Both the position numbers and the translations under genes were made by a program. A stretch of 64,000 bases of DNA from assembly GCA_937625935.1 (NCBI GenBank), contig OW569377.1, positions 124,001 through 188,000 on the forward strand, given 5' to 3'. The notes under the pieces were generated by a model that saw nothing but the letters and a program-made list of their open reading frames with translations, ran no database searches and had not been told where the DNA came from. Source of the stretch: Tetramitus jugosus (Eukaryota; Protista; Heterolobosea). Shown in pieces: positions 52,775-62,011 of the stretch; position 1 is the first letter of the stretch; each line of letters opens with the position of its first letter.

Positions 52775-54133
52775 ATGAAGTTTACTTACAAGGATACAGT
52801 TGTACATGAAGCATACTATTATCTCAAAGATAGTCAAGATTCGATAAAAAATGGAACTCCAACATTATTATCGAATAATGTGAAGGCTCATGGGGATATT
52901 ATCATATGTCACTGTGACGAAAACAATCGAAGATTATATTCAATGATGAATATCAATGATCTCGAAAAAATGATTCACCAAGCTGGGGGTTATAATACAA
53001 TCACTGAAATCAAAGATGAAGATGTAAAAAAATTCGAGTTTAGAACAACTAATATTCCTCCAACTGAATATAAGTATTCGTTTTTAAAGCTCAATCATAC
53101 TGGCGGTAGAGCTTCATTAGAACATTTAAACTTCTTTGAAGTTATTACAGAAGGACCACAGAAACCTAGATTTGATATTGAAACTGAGGATTCATGGGTA
53201 ACAGATGAATGGTTTGACTATTTTATAGATTACATGTGTAGCTTAATTATCGAATGTTGTAAACTTTGGGGAGTTGAAATAGACCCTGTAAAGAACATCA
53301 TCGTTTATGAATCAACTGGTATGATAGAGAAAGGAAAGAAATATAGTGTTCATATCATCGTTGATGGAGTTTATCATCCAGATCATGAGGAAGCAAAAGT
53401 TTTTTATGATCATGTGGTTAGTCATCTTCCTGATAATGTGAAAAAGTTTGTAGATCCTAGTGTGTATAGTTCATTACAACAATTTAGACTCCCGTATAAT
53501 AGAAAAGCTGGTACAAATAGAATGAAGTTCGATAAGTATTGGACATACAATGGTAAAAAAATCGTGTATAATGATAGTGAAGATATCAATAATATAAAGT
53601 TGAGCCATCTAAATAGATTTAGATACTCTTTAGTTGGATTGATTTTAAATACATCTAAACTGTTAGTATGTCCTATAACTATCGATAAAATGAAAAAGAC
53701 TAAATTTATTGGAGGAGAAGTATCAGAGAGTGAAATTGAAGGAGCAATTAACATGTTTCATAGAATCGCTCCATATCATGAAGATTCATTTAATGTTGAA
53801 GAATCTTTAGGTACAACTATCAAGTTGAAACGTAAAAAATCATGTTATTGTTTAGTTTGTAATAGAACACATGATAATGAAAATGCTTATTTAACCATTT
53901 CAGGTGATAAGAAAAACGTTCATTTACGTTGTTTCAGAAATCACGGACAGTCTTTTATGTTAGGTTCTCTAGATCTAGGTACTTTAGCTTCAGTTGAAGT
54001 TTCAGCTAAAAGATGGGAAGTAAAAAAAGAACCACGTATGCAACAGATAATGGATTATCAAAAATTATGTATATGTACAAGTACAAAATTCATACTACCA
54101 ATTTTAGATGAACGATTATTAATAAAAAAATAA
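52775..54133 (+). CDS. Archaeo-eukaryotic primase, PrimPol/NCLDV-herpes clade, with C-terminal Zn finger
   Basis: FEVI.EGPQKPRFDIE (DxE), KYSVHII (SxH), FVDPSVY...QQFRL...RK, C..C.R.H..EN...C. Confidence 0.88.
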   Translation: MKFTYKDTVVHEAYYYLKDSQDSIKNGTPTLLSNNVKAHGDIIICHCDENNRRLYSMMNINDLEKMIHQAGGYNTITEIKDEDVKKFEFRTTNIPPTEYKYSFLKLNHTGGRASLEHLNFFEVITEGPQKPRFDIETEDSWVTDEWFDYFIDYMCSLIIECCKLWGVEIDPVKNIIVYESTGMIEKGKKYSVHIIVDGVYHPDHEEAKVFYDHVVSHLPDNVKKFVDPSVYSSLQQFRLPYNRKAGTNRMKFDKYWTYNGKKIVYNDSEDINNIKLSHLNRFRYSLVGLILNTSKLLVCPITIDKMKKTKFIGGEVSESEIEGAINMFHRIAPYHEDSFNVEESLGTTIKLKRKKSCYCLVCNRTHDNENAYLTISGDKKNVHLRCFRNHGQSFMLGSLDLGTLASVEVSAKRWEVKKEPRMQQIMDYQKLCICTSTKFILPILDERLLIKK

Positions 54134-54162
54134 AAAATAAATATATATTTATCATTTAAAAA

Positions 54163-54540
54163 ATGATAAATATCAAAGAAATGAGTATCGAAGAATTATC
54201 TGAGTTGTTTACTTCAATTAAACAAGAAATAGCTGATCGTAAAGTTCAACTGAATAAGAATTTCCATGAAAAGAATAGACTCTTCCATGAAGAATTGAAG
54301 AGAAAACATGAGGAAGAAAAACAACGAAAGTTAGAACACGAAAAGACAATGGCTAAGGTAACTGATATGAGGTCGTTATACGGTAAATTTAACTATCAAT
54401 GTACAAAGATTATGAATGGAACAGCTAAGCCTGTAGAAATTGAATGGGTTAAAGAACATGTAAAATATTTCACAAACAGAAAACCAGGACAACGTATCAT
54501 GGAATACTTCAATGCAAATAATGTTACATTCACCTTATGA
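54163..54540 (+). CDS. Viral hypothetical protein
   Basis: 125-aa ORF followed by a hairpin at 54551-54581. Confidence 0.65.
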   Translation: MINIKEMSIEELSELFTSIKQEIADRKVQLNKNFHEKNRLFHEELKRKHEEEKQRKLEHEKTMAKVTDMRSLYGKFNYQCTKIMNGTAKPVEIEWVKEHVKYFTNRKPGQRIMEYFNANNVTFTL

Positions 54541-54730
54541 ATATACAGTATCATATCACTTATACAATGGAAGTGATATGAAAAAGATTAATGAATTTTT
54601 TATAGTAAATATATTTTTATTGAATTTTTTTATTTATTTTTAAAAATATGATTTTTAAAACGAATTGAAAGTTTTTTAAAAAATTCTAGAAATAAAAAAT
54701 ATCTCTAGAATTAAAAAGAAAGAAAGAAAG

Positions 54731-56788
54731 ATGAGTAGAGTAAGTACAAAAAGATTACAGAAGGTAATGACTGATCCGTTTGATGTTCCAACTCAGAATG
54801 AAGTAAAAGCAGTTGGTGAATATTTTAAGAAACTTGGTTTGAATGTTAATGGAGATTATTTCTCTTGTGACGATAAATTTTTAATCGTTTCATGTCCTTT
54901 AGATGCGTCACCTTCATGGTGTGATCACACCATGACATTGGAAGACAGTGATATTGATAAGTTTGTCTCTGTATTCGAGATGACCGAAGAACAGTTTAGA
55001 AAGAAATATGGTATTGGTATGGACAATACTGCAGTATTTCAAAGTATTGTTAATCCTCTTGACTATCAAACAGTCACTATTAATATTGAAGGTAAAGGTG
55101 AAGAATTTCTTTTACCTGGTTGTGGATCATACATAACTGGTGAAAGAGTTGCATACATTGATTGTGAATGGGAAGCTTCAGTTGGTCAAATTCCGAATAT
55201 CGATAATGCTGCCCCTGATTTTGTCGATACTATTATTCAACCTCCTAACATTGAAGATTCAGTAGGTACTCTTGAAGAGATTCAAGATGATGAAGAATTT
55301 GATGATCCTAGACATACTGCAAGATTAAGATTCTTGAATCCTAAGGATACTTTCACCTATCATGATGCCAAGGGAGATTATGATGATTTCGAATCAATGA
55401 TGTGTGCCCTTGAGGCAACTGCTGGTATACGTAGTATTGGTAATAACCATTGGTTTTATGTCAAACATACGAAGGTTGAAGGTAAAATCGCTCGTTATGT
55501 TGTTGAAAAATTAGCAAGTAATGGATACCATAGATCGTCTGGATTTTCTAGAAAATTAAATGATAACGAGTATGCAGCTGAACAGAGAAAATGGGAAACT
55601 ACATCTAGTCTCAAGAACAGATTGATTGCAGGTGAAACTGTACCAAGATATATCACTTATACTGAAAAAGAGATACATGACTTGTTGCTAAAGACACATG
55701 TTTACCTCGAAGAAGTATTTATTCCTTATCCATTGAGTTGGTTGGACACTAGAAGAATTAATACATTCTACGGATTCCCATATAAAGTCTTACCAAATTA
55801 TGAATGTATTGTTACAGAAAAAGGTAACGCTGAAAAACAAACTTCAAGATATTCATGTGACCCTACGATTGGTTTGTTCATGGATCATTTCCATATGTTA
55901 GTTGAATGTAATGATAATTATCTTGAATGGTTCCTTAATTTTATTGCCAAGAAGGTTCAATATCCTCATCTCAAAACTGACGTTGCGATGCTTTTATCAT
56001 CTACAACTGGTACTGGTAAAGGAATTTTGGCAAAAATTATATCTAAATTATTTGGTGAATTTGTTATTAGAATGATAAATCATATAAATCAGATCACGGG
56101 TGAAAAGAATGGATCATTACAAAACATACTTGGCATAATTGGAGACGAAGTTCAAGGTTTTGGAGAAAATGCAGAAAAATTAAAGAACATTATCAGTGAA
56201 GATAAGATTGAGATACGTAGGTTATACGAAGAATACGCAACTGTTGATAATTTTTTATTTGCTATATTCTTCACTAATAAATGGGAATACTTCAAAATAG
56301 ATGACAACGATAGAAGATTCGCTTGTTTTAAATGTGTTCCTAAATACAAGGAGGATTACGATCATTCTACGAAAATTCTTGCTATGCTTGAGGATGATAA
56401 TGTAATGAATTCGTTGTTTACATTTTTCATGAAACGTGATATCAGTTCCTTCGTTATTCAAGATTATCCTAAAACAAAACTTCTTGAGTTGATGAAGGGT
56501 AAGTCAGCTGATCCTATTGATGTTTGGATTGCAGAATCCATTAGTCAACTTCAATTTTCAACCTTTAATAGAAATAACATAGGTAATAACGTGAAATATA
56601 AATTGGTTCTCAAATTTGCAGGTTTTAAAGAATATAAAACTTTAAATGATATTAGCGGTTATAAAATTAACTCACAACAATTTAAATCAAGTATGGAATC
56701 AAGAGATTTTGTGTATGCTGCCAATCGATCTACTTATACTAAAGAAGTTTCATGGGTTGTATCATCTGAACATGATCCATCTGATTAA
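54731..56788 (+). CDS. Superfamily 3 (D5-like) helicase with uncharacterised N-terminus
   Basis: Walker A STTGTGKG, Walker B IIGDE, LKNIIS, motif C FFTN, DDNDRRF arginine finger. Confidence 0.87.
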   Translation: MSRVSTKRLQKVMTDPFDVPTQNEVKAVGEYFKKLGLNVNGDYFSCDDKFLIVSCPLDASPSWCDHTMTLEDSDIDKFVSVFEMTEEQFRKKYGIGMDNTAVFQSIVNPLDYQTVTINIEGKGEEFLLPGCGSYITGERVAYIDCEWEASVGQIPNIDNAAPDFVDTIIQPPNIEDSVGTLEEIQDDEEFDDPRHTARLRFLNPKDTFTYHDAKGDYDDFESMMCALEATAGIRSIGNNHWFYVKHTKVEGKIARYVVEKLASNGYHRSSGFSRKLNDNEYAAEQRKWETTSSLKNRLIAGETVPRYITYTEKEIHDLLLKTHVYLEEVFIPYPLSWLDTRRINTFYGFPYKVLPNYECIVTEKGNAEKQTSRYSCDPTIGLFMDHFHMLVECNDNYLEWFLNFIAKKVQYPHLKTDVAMLLSSTTGTGKGILAKIISKLFGEFVIRMINHINQITGEKNGSLQNILGIIGDEVQGFGENAEKLKNIISEDKIEIRRLYEEYATVDNFLFAIFFTNKWEYFKIDDNDRRFACFKCVPKYKEDYDHSTKILAMLEDDNVMNSLFTFFMKRDISSFVIQDYPKTKLLELMKGKSADPIDVWIAESISQLQFSTFNRNNIGNNVKYKLVLKFAGFKEYKTLNDISGYKINSQQFKSSMESRDFVYAANRSTYTKEVSWVVSSEHDPSD

Positions 56789-56868
56789 TCGATAGAATCA
56801 ATCTCATTAAATGAGATTGATCCAAAAACATCTAGTTATCATTAATATCGTTTGATTATTTTTTTCAA

Positions 56869-57020
56869 TCTCTATTTATCCTTTAGTCTATCTATATAAT
56901 ATATTAAAATAACTAAAAAGGTGAGAAGGGTGAGAAGTGGAGATATAAAGTATTTTGAGTTGAAAGAAATGAATATAGAAAACTTTTAAAAACGTTCCTC
57001 ACACCCTTCTCACCTTTTAG
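56869..57020. repeat. Internal inverted repeat, copy B
   Basis: Reverse complement of 51121-51273. Confidence 0.92.
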
Positions 57021-57075
57021 TTATTTCATTTGAATCGATACAAAGACGAATAAAAATATGAAAAGATTATAAAAT

Positions 57076-57312
57076 ATGACAGAATCAACACCAGAAGCAT
57101 CAAGAATAAACGAAATAATTGAAAATACTAAAGCTCACTTTACAGACGAAGAACCGTATACGGTTGTAATTAAAACAACGAATGAATATATCACTGAAGT
57201 TCAAAATGTTGAACAAAAACCAATTATGATATCACCTAAAATGAAAGAAACTTTATATGTTGGATTCATGTCTGCATGTATAGGTATTTTGTTGAACAAC
57301 TTAATTGGATAA
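57076..57312 (+). CDS. Small viral protein with C-terminal TM helix
   Basis: LYVGFMSACIGILLNNLIG tail; hairpin at 57324-57347 downstream. Confidence 0.6.
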   Translation: MTESTPEASRINEIIENTKAHFTDEEPYTVVIKTTNEYITEVQNVEQKPIMISPKMKETLYVGFMSACIGILLNNLIG

Positions 57313-57354
57313 AATAGATACATTTTACAGATAAAATTATCTGTAAAGTAATAA

Positions 57355-58284
57355 ATGAAGTACGAAAGATTATATATCGAAGACAGAACTTGGTCATTCC
57401 CTGAAATATTAGTAGGAACAGATCATCAATGTCTACAAACAATACGTTTCGATGGACTTACGTATAGAAGTTTATATTTAGAAGTAATAGGAATATTAGA
57501 TGGATCAAAATTACTGTTTGAGCTAAAAGATCTGAGATATGAACACGAACATTCAAAAGATCTAACATACTATATCCCAATGGAAATAGTTTATTATTTC
57601 CTTAAGAGAAAACTCAGTAAATGGAACTATACAAGTGGATTTTTCGATGAAAATCTAGATGCCAACGATATACTCAACGATACATTAAATAGAACATACG
57701 TTCATATTTTCCTTGATCTTCATAAGTATATCAAACAATATCCTAGACATGTTAACTTTGATGAGAGGGATATTTCTCATCTATCGCGCCCTATGGATAA
57801 AATAGAAGATTCCCCTATGGAAACAGCTTACCCATTCTTCAAGAATCCTCGAGAGTTTGTAATGATTGGTTTATATAAGAAGAAACCAAAATTATCTCTT
57901 CTTTTTACATTGAAAAATGGAATGTACACAACAACTTACAACTCACAAAAATTCATTATTAATCCAACCACTGTATATGATAGATTGATGAATAATTTAG
58001 GTAGAAAATATATATCAAGTAGAGGGTATAATATGTACCTAGATAGACATATATATATAACTGATATCGTTGAATATTTTAAACAAAATCTATTGAAGCC
58101 TCTAACTGAAGATATGTTACATGACGCTTTCAATGATGATATTTTATCTAGGAAACAACCTGAAATAACTCAACATGTTGAAGTTGAAGATGAAGATGAG
58201 TTTTCTTGGGGGATTCCAAACTATGACAGCGACGAAGAAACGATCATTGACGAAGAAGAAACAGTCGTTGACGAAGAAGAATAA
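57355..58284 (+). CDS. Viral hypothetical protein with acidic tail
   Basis: 309-aa ORF with TAAATG start; hairpin at 58290-58312 downstream. Confidence 0.7.
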   Translation: MKYERLYIEDRTWSFPEILVGTDHQCLQTIRFDGLTYRSLYLEVIGILDGSKLLFELKDLRYEHEHSKDLTYYIPMEIVYYFLKRKLSKWNYTSGFFDENLDANDILNDTLNRTYVHIFLDLHKYIKQYPRHVNFDERDISHLSRPMDKIEDSPMETAYPFFKNPREFVMIGLYKKKPKLSLLFTLKNGMYTTTYNSQKFIINPTTVYDRLMNNLGRKYISSRGYNMYLDRHIYITDIVEYFKQNLLKPLTEDMLHDAFNDDILSRKQPEITQHVEVEDEDEFSWGIPNYDSDEETIIDEEETVVDEEE

Positions 58285-58323
58285 ATGTGTATCAGATGGA
58301 TTCCATCTGATATACTACATAAC

Positions 58324-58692
58324 TTATAGTTTAATTAAGATAACAGCGGCAATTGCAGCAGCAGCTAAGGCAATAGGGGCAGTAAGAAGTCCACCTGTAA
58401 TTGCAATACCCTTGGCTCCATCATTAAGAGCACCAGCAAGACCTTGACCACCTAGAATGTTTCTAATATTCGAACCAACACTCTTACTGAGTTTATCAGT
58501 TTGAACGATACTATAATCGATTCCAAAATTCAATCTCTCAGGGATTCCTTTAACAAAGTCAATCAATCTTTGACCAAACTTTTTCTGAGGTATATTTTTA
58601 ATAGCATCTTCATACGGCCTAGCCAAAGAAGGACTAATACCTTTAATCAGCGCGTCGTACGGTTTAATTACTTGAAGATTATATCCAGACAT
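58324..58692 (-). CDS. Viral protein with C-terminal hydrophobic anchor
   Basis: GGLLTAPIALAAAAIAAVILIKL C-terminus; lies next to the MCP gene. Confidence 0.7.
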   Translation of the reverse strand: MSGYNLQVIKPYDALIKGISPSLARPYEDAIKNIPQKKFGQRLIDFVKGIPERLNFGIDYSIVQTDKLSKSVGSNIRNILGGQGLAGALNDGAKGIAITGGLLTAPIALAAAAIAAVILIKL

Positions 58693-58722
58693 TTTATTAG
58701 TATAATGAATAAATCTAACTTG

Positions 58723-58752
58723 AATTCATATCTCATCGATGAGATATGAATT
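58723..58752. terminator. Perfect 30-bp palindrome downstream of the MCP gene
   Basis: AATTCATATCTCATCGATGAGATATGAATT. Confidence 0.65.
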
Positions 58753-58763
58753 ATGAAAAGTGT

Positions 58764-60005
58764 TTATACAACGGTGTTGACAATCTGACGGATCTTACCA
58801 TCAATGATAGCGTATCTCTTTGCAACAACGATATTACAAAGAATCTCGGATGCAGCAGGTGCAGTATCGTATGTCAACATCAATTGAGCATCAGTAACTC
58901 CATTGAAATTCTTAGATCCAGTGTAATCGTTAGTATCATTACCAAATGTTTCAGCCAAATCATTAGCGTAACAGATTGGATAAACATTCAAGTTTCTTAA
59001 TGTTTCACTACCCAAGAACCCAAGATTATTGATATACACCTTTCTAATGTATCTATCCAAGTAATCAAACTCAGCACCAGCAATGAATCTACCTTGAGAC
59101 TTCAAGGTATACTTAGGAATTTTCTGGAAGTTTGTATAAGTCGGAGATGAAGCAGAGTTCAAATCTGACATCAATCTTTGAGTGATATTAATTAGGATCA
59201 CATCATTATCAGCCAATTGAGAGATATTGAAGTTTTGATTCACAGCAGAACTTGTGATACTCAATGGAACATTGATATAATCGTGAACAAACTTAACAAC
59301 CTTTCCTTCCTTTGCTCTTTGAACAGTTGATTCATACAAAGGTAGACCAACATTATTGTAAGTCACAATTAACTCAGATGATTTAGTGAAGGAGAACGTT
59401 GGATTGGTACCTGCAACATTTCTGATATACTTGGTAGCTGGACCTTGAGCATAGTAAATTCTAACTTCCAAAGGACCATCAAGTAAAAACAATTCCATAG
59501 GAATAGAGAAGATAGAGAAATGTTGAGACAAATCAAGATAGAAAGTCTGTTCAGTCAAAGCCAAGGTTGTTCTTTCAGCATCAGTCAAACCTCCACCAAC
59601 TTGATCATTCAAGATTGTAAGTTCATCACTATCATTATGTTGAACAAGGTTATTGTACATTTGTTGTCCAGTAACTTGAGAGATTTGAACACCAGATTGC
59701 CACAATTCAATACGATCGTAAATAAAGACTCCGAAGTAATCAACCAGAGCTAATGTAGTTGGTGTACCAGTTGCGGTAACTTGACTAACATAATTAGTTA
59801 GAATTGGCTTAGTAATCATCTTATTACCTTGATTGTTATTGATTCTGAAAATCTGTTGAGCATTCAAACTTGGAGTCGGAGCCTGATCTGCAATCAGAAT
59901 CATTCTAAGTTTCTCACCGACAATTCGTTCTAATCTTGAGTCATAATACTCTGCGGCCTGTAATTCAGGTGAGTAAAAGATTTCGTTGTTTCCTATGATT
60001 GACAT
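58764..60005 (-). CDS. Major capsid protein, double jelly roll (PLV/virophage-like)
   Basis: 413 aa, beta-rich; IYDRIELWQSGVQISQVTG and FYLDL..F..FSIPMELF...LEVRIYY resemble conserved DJR-MCP blocks; C-terminal TGSKNF; co-occurs with penton and A32 ATPase. Confidence 0.78.
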   Translation of the reverse strand: MSIIGNNEIFYSPELQAAEYYDSRLERIVGEKLRMILIADQAPTPSLNAQQIFRINNNQGNKMITKPILTNYVSQVTATGTPTTLALVDYFGVFIYDRIELWQSGVQISQVTGQQMYNNLVQHNDSDELTILNDQVGGGLTDAERTTLALTEQTFYLDLSQHFSIFSIPMELFLLDGPLEVRIYYAQGPATKYIRNVAGTNPTFSFTKSSELIVTYNNVGLPLYESTVQRAKEGKVVKFVHDYINVPLSITSSAVNQNFNISQLADNDVILINITQRLMSDLNSASSPTYTNFQKIPKYTLKSQGRFIAGAEFDYLDRYIRKVYINNLGFLGSETLRNLNVYPICYANDLAETFGNDTNDYTGSKNFNGVTDAQLMLTYDTAPAASEILCNIVVAKRYAIIDGKIRQIVNTVV

Positions 60006-60027
60006 TTGTTTTACTATAGAAAAATAA

Positions 60028-61131
60028 TTACAAATCTGTTTTCGTTACATGCAATAACTCGTTTCGATAGTAAACTCTACCCCAAGGCTTTCCTTCAAGA
60101 TCGTCTAATCGATATTGAGCATTTGCATTTCTACTCACTGAACTAATCTTGAAAATATCCTGAGAATAATTGGCTGTATATTTCTTCTCGTAACGATCCT
60201 TGATCAGAACAATACGAACTAAATCACCTCGTTTCAATCTAGAAGCATCAGGTTGAACCATCTTCTTAGCTTGTTTTTCAATCAAAGGTTTAACATTGAC
60301 ATTATTATCGTAAGCATTCTTTGGACTCATTCTAATCGTATGATGATAACTTGTGTTGTAATTCTCAATCAAATTAGGTAACTGATCGATCCATCTCTTG
60401 ACTCCTTTATCAGCCAAATACTTGAACAACATAGACTTAAGAGTTCCATTGAATTTTTCAACTGCTCCATTGGTTTGAGGAGTATAAGGTGTACTCATGA
60501 CATGCTTAATGTTTCGCTTTGAACAATATTCCTTAACCAAGTTATTATTGAACTCAGATCCATTGTCTGATTGAAGAACTGAAATACCAATAGGAAGTTG
60601 ATCCAATGCAGCTCTAACTCCTTCCTTACTTTTCTTCTTGATTGGAAAAGCCCAAGCATACTTACTGAAATGATCAATTGCAGTTAAAATCCAATTATGT
60701 CTATTGTTATGCCAACTAAGAGTAGACATATCAACTAAATCAATTTGAACTCGTTCTAACTTCTTACTTGAAATAATCGGTCTAACAACTCTATGCTTAG
60801 GAGGTTTAGTCATTCTTTGATTGATCGAATCACTCTTGAGATAGTTTGCTACATCTTCTCTTGTTATTCCATCGTAATTTTCCTTCGTTCTTGTGTATAA
60901 CTTTTGAATACCACAGTATCCAGTTGAAGTATTATGATAAAGATCATGAAGAATCTTATTCTTATCTGTTGGTTGAACAATAACCTTTTCATCCCTTACC
61001 AAACGATCAGATGAGTCTACTTGAACATTGGCTAACTTCTTCCTAAAACGAGACAATTGATTTTTACTGAAGTCGTCTGGTATCTTTCCTAACTTTAAGA
61101 AGGATAACATGGCGTCGTATTCATCTGACAT
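60028..61131 (-). CDS. Retroviral-like (rve, DDE) integrase, Polinton type
   Basis: VQIDLVDM, LTAIDHFSKYAWA, LQSDNGSEF, PQTNGAVEKFNGTLK, YNTSYHHTIRMSP; intact ORF. Confidence 0.95.
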   Translation of the reverse strand: MSDEYDAMLSFLKLGKIPDDFSKNQLSRFRKKLANVQVDSSDRLVRDEKVIVQPTDKNKILHDLYHNTSTGYCGIQKLYTRTKENYDGITREDVANYLKSDSINQRMTKPPKHRVVRPIISSKKLERVQIDLVDMSTLSWHNNRHNWILTAIDHFSKYAWAFPIKKKSKEGVRAALDQLPIGISVLQSDNGSEFNNNLVKEYCSKRNIKHVMSTPYTPQTNGAVEKFNGTLKSMLFKYLADKGVKRWIDQLPNLIENYNTSYHHTIRMSPKNAYDNNVNVKPLIEKQAKKMVQPDASRLKRGDLVRIVLIKDRYEKKYTANYSQDIFKISSVSRNANAQYRLDDLEGKPWGRVYYRNELLHVTKTDL

Positions 61132-61155
61132 TTTAATAGTCAGATGAATAATACT

Positions 61156-61533
61156 TTACAGAAATAGCAAGGAGAACAACGAAGTGGCTATAACTCCATA
61201 ACCAATCATTTCAGATGTTTTCATCTTTGGTTGTTCATCTGTATCTTTAGGAGGTCTGATTAAAATTCCACCAACAAACTTAGGTGCTGGTGGTTTCTCT
61301 TCTTTCTTTGGTTCTTTCTTAGCTTCTATCTCCTTGACAATAGCATTAAAGTCTAATTTAACAGCTTCTTCAGTAACCCTTGGCTGTTCTTCTACAACTT
61401 TCGGTTGTATTTCTACCACCTTAGCTGGTATTTCTTCAACTTTCGGTTGTATTTCTTCAACTTTCGGTTGTTCATCTACAGCTTTCTCTGTGTTAGTGTT
61501 ATCGTTGAATTCCATGGTATATTCGATTGGCAT
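61156..61533 (-). CDS. Viral protein with (V/E)EE(I/Q)xPK repeats and C-terminal TM anchor
   Basis: ATG at 61533 (MPIEY); 21-bp tandem repeats at about 61385-61475; IGYGVIATSLFSLLFL tail. Confidence 0.7.
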   Translation of the reverse strand: MPIEYTMEFNDNTNTEKAVDEQPKVEEIQPKVEEIPAKVVEIQPKVVEEQPRVTEEAVKLDFNAIVKEIEAKKEPKKEEKPPAPKFVGGILIRPPKDTDEQPKMKTSEMIGYGVIATSLFSLLFL

Positions 61534-61552
61534 TTTTCTTACAGTGATAAAA

Positions 61553-61999
61553 ATGAATGATAAAAAACGACAGATAAGACCAAGTAACTTCTTCCTTACA
61601 ATCAATTCTAACAAAAGATTTTCAGGGTATGAAGAAACTTACGAAGAATACAAGGAGTTATTTACGAATACAATCAAGGATGTGTTAAGTCTTGAATCGA
61701 TTAAACAATACGTACTTGTTAAAAGTAGTGAACAAGAAAAAGGAGTAGTCTTTGATACTCCTGATGTCAAGACTGTCGATATTGTAGCAGGTTTAGAGTT
61801 AGGCCCTGAGACGAAATGTCTTCATGTTCATGCTTTACTTAAGATTAGACATTATACCTTACTTGAATTCGATAATAAGATGTTTATGAAGTTAATTACA
61901 GAAAAGTTAGGACCAGGAATACACTTCGATAGAAAGATGAGTAAGGATGGTAACGCTCGTATCGAAGAATACATCAACAAGAACATGAGAAAATTATAA
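61553..61999 (+). CDS. Stand-alone HUH endonuclease (rolling-circle Rep-like), 148 aa
   Basis: Motif I FFLTIN, motif II ELG....LHVHALL, motif III EEYINK in the canonical order; ATG at 61553; ends 12 bp before the right repeat. Confidence 0.75.
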   Translation: MNDKKRQIRPSNFFLTINSNKRFSGYEETYEEYKELFTNTIKDVLSLESIKQYVLVKSSEQEKGVVFDTPDVKTVDIVAGLELGPETKCLHVHALLKIRHYTLLEFDNKMFMKLITEKLGPGIHFDRKMSKDGNARIEEYINKNMRKL

Positions 62000-62011
62000 G
62001 TGTTAACGCTA

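Noticed and set aside
43110-58752. CRISPR-like array or tRNAs among the viral palindromes
   Set aside because: The palindromes differ in sequence, are not regularly spaced and lack cloverleaf structure
61334-61552. N-terminal 73 aa of the 221-aa ORF
   Set aside because: TTG start and antisense shadow of the repeat-rich 61156-61533 gene; the real start is probably ATG 61553
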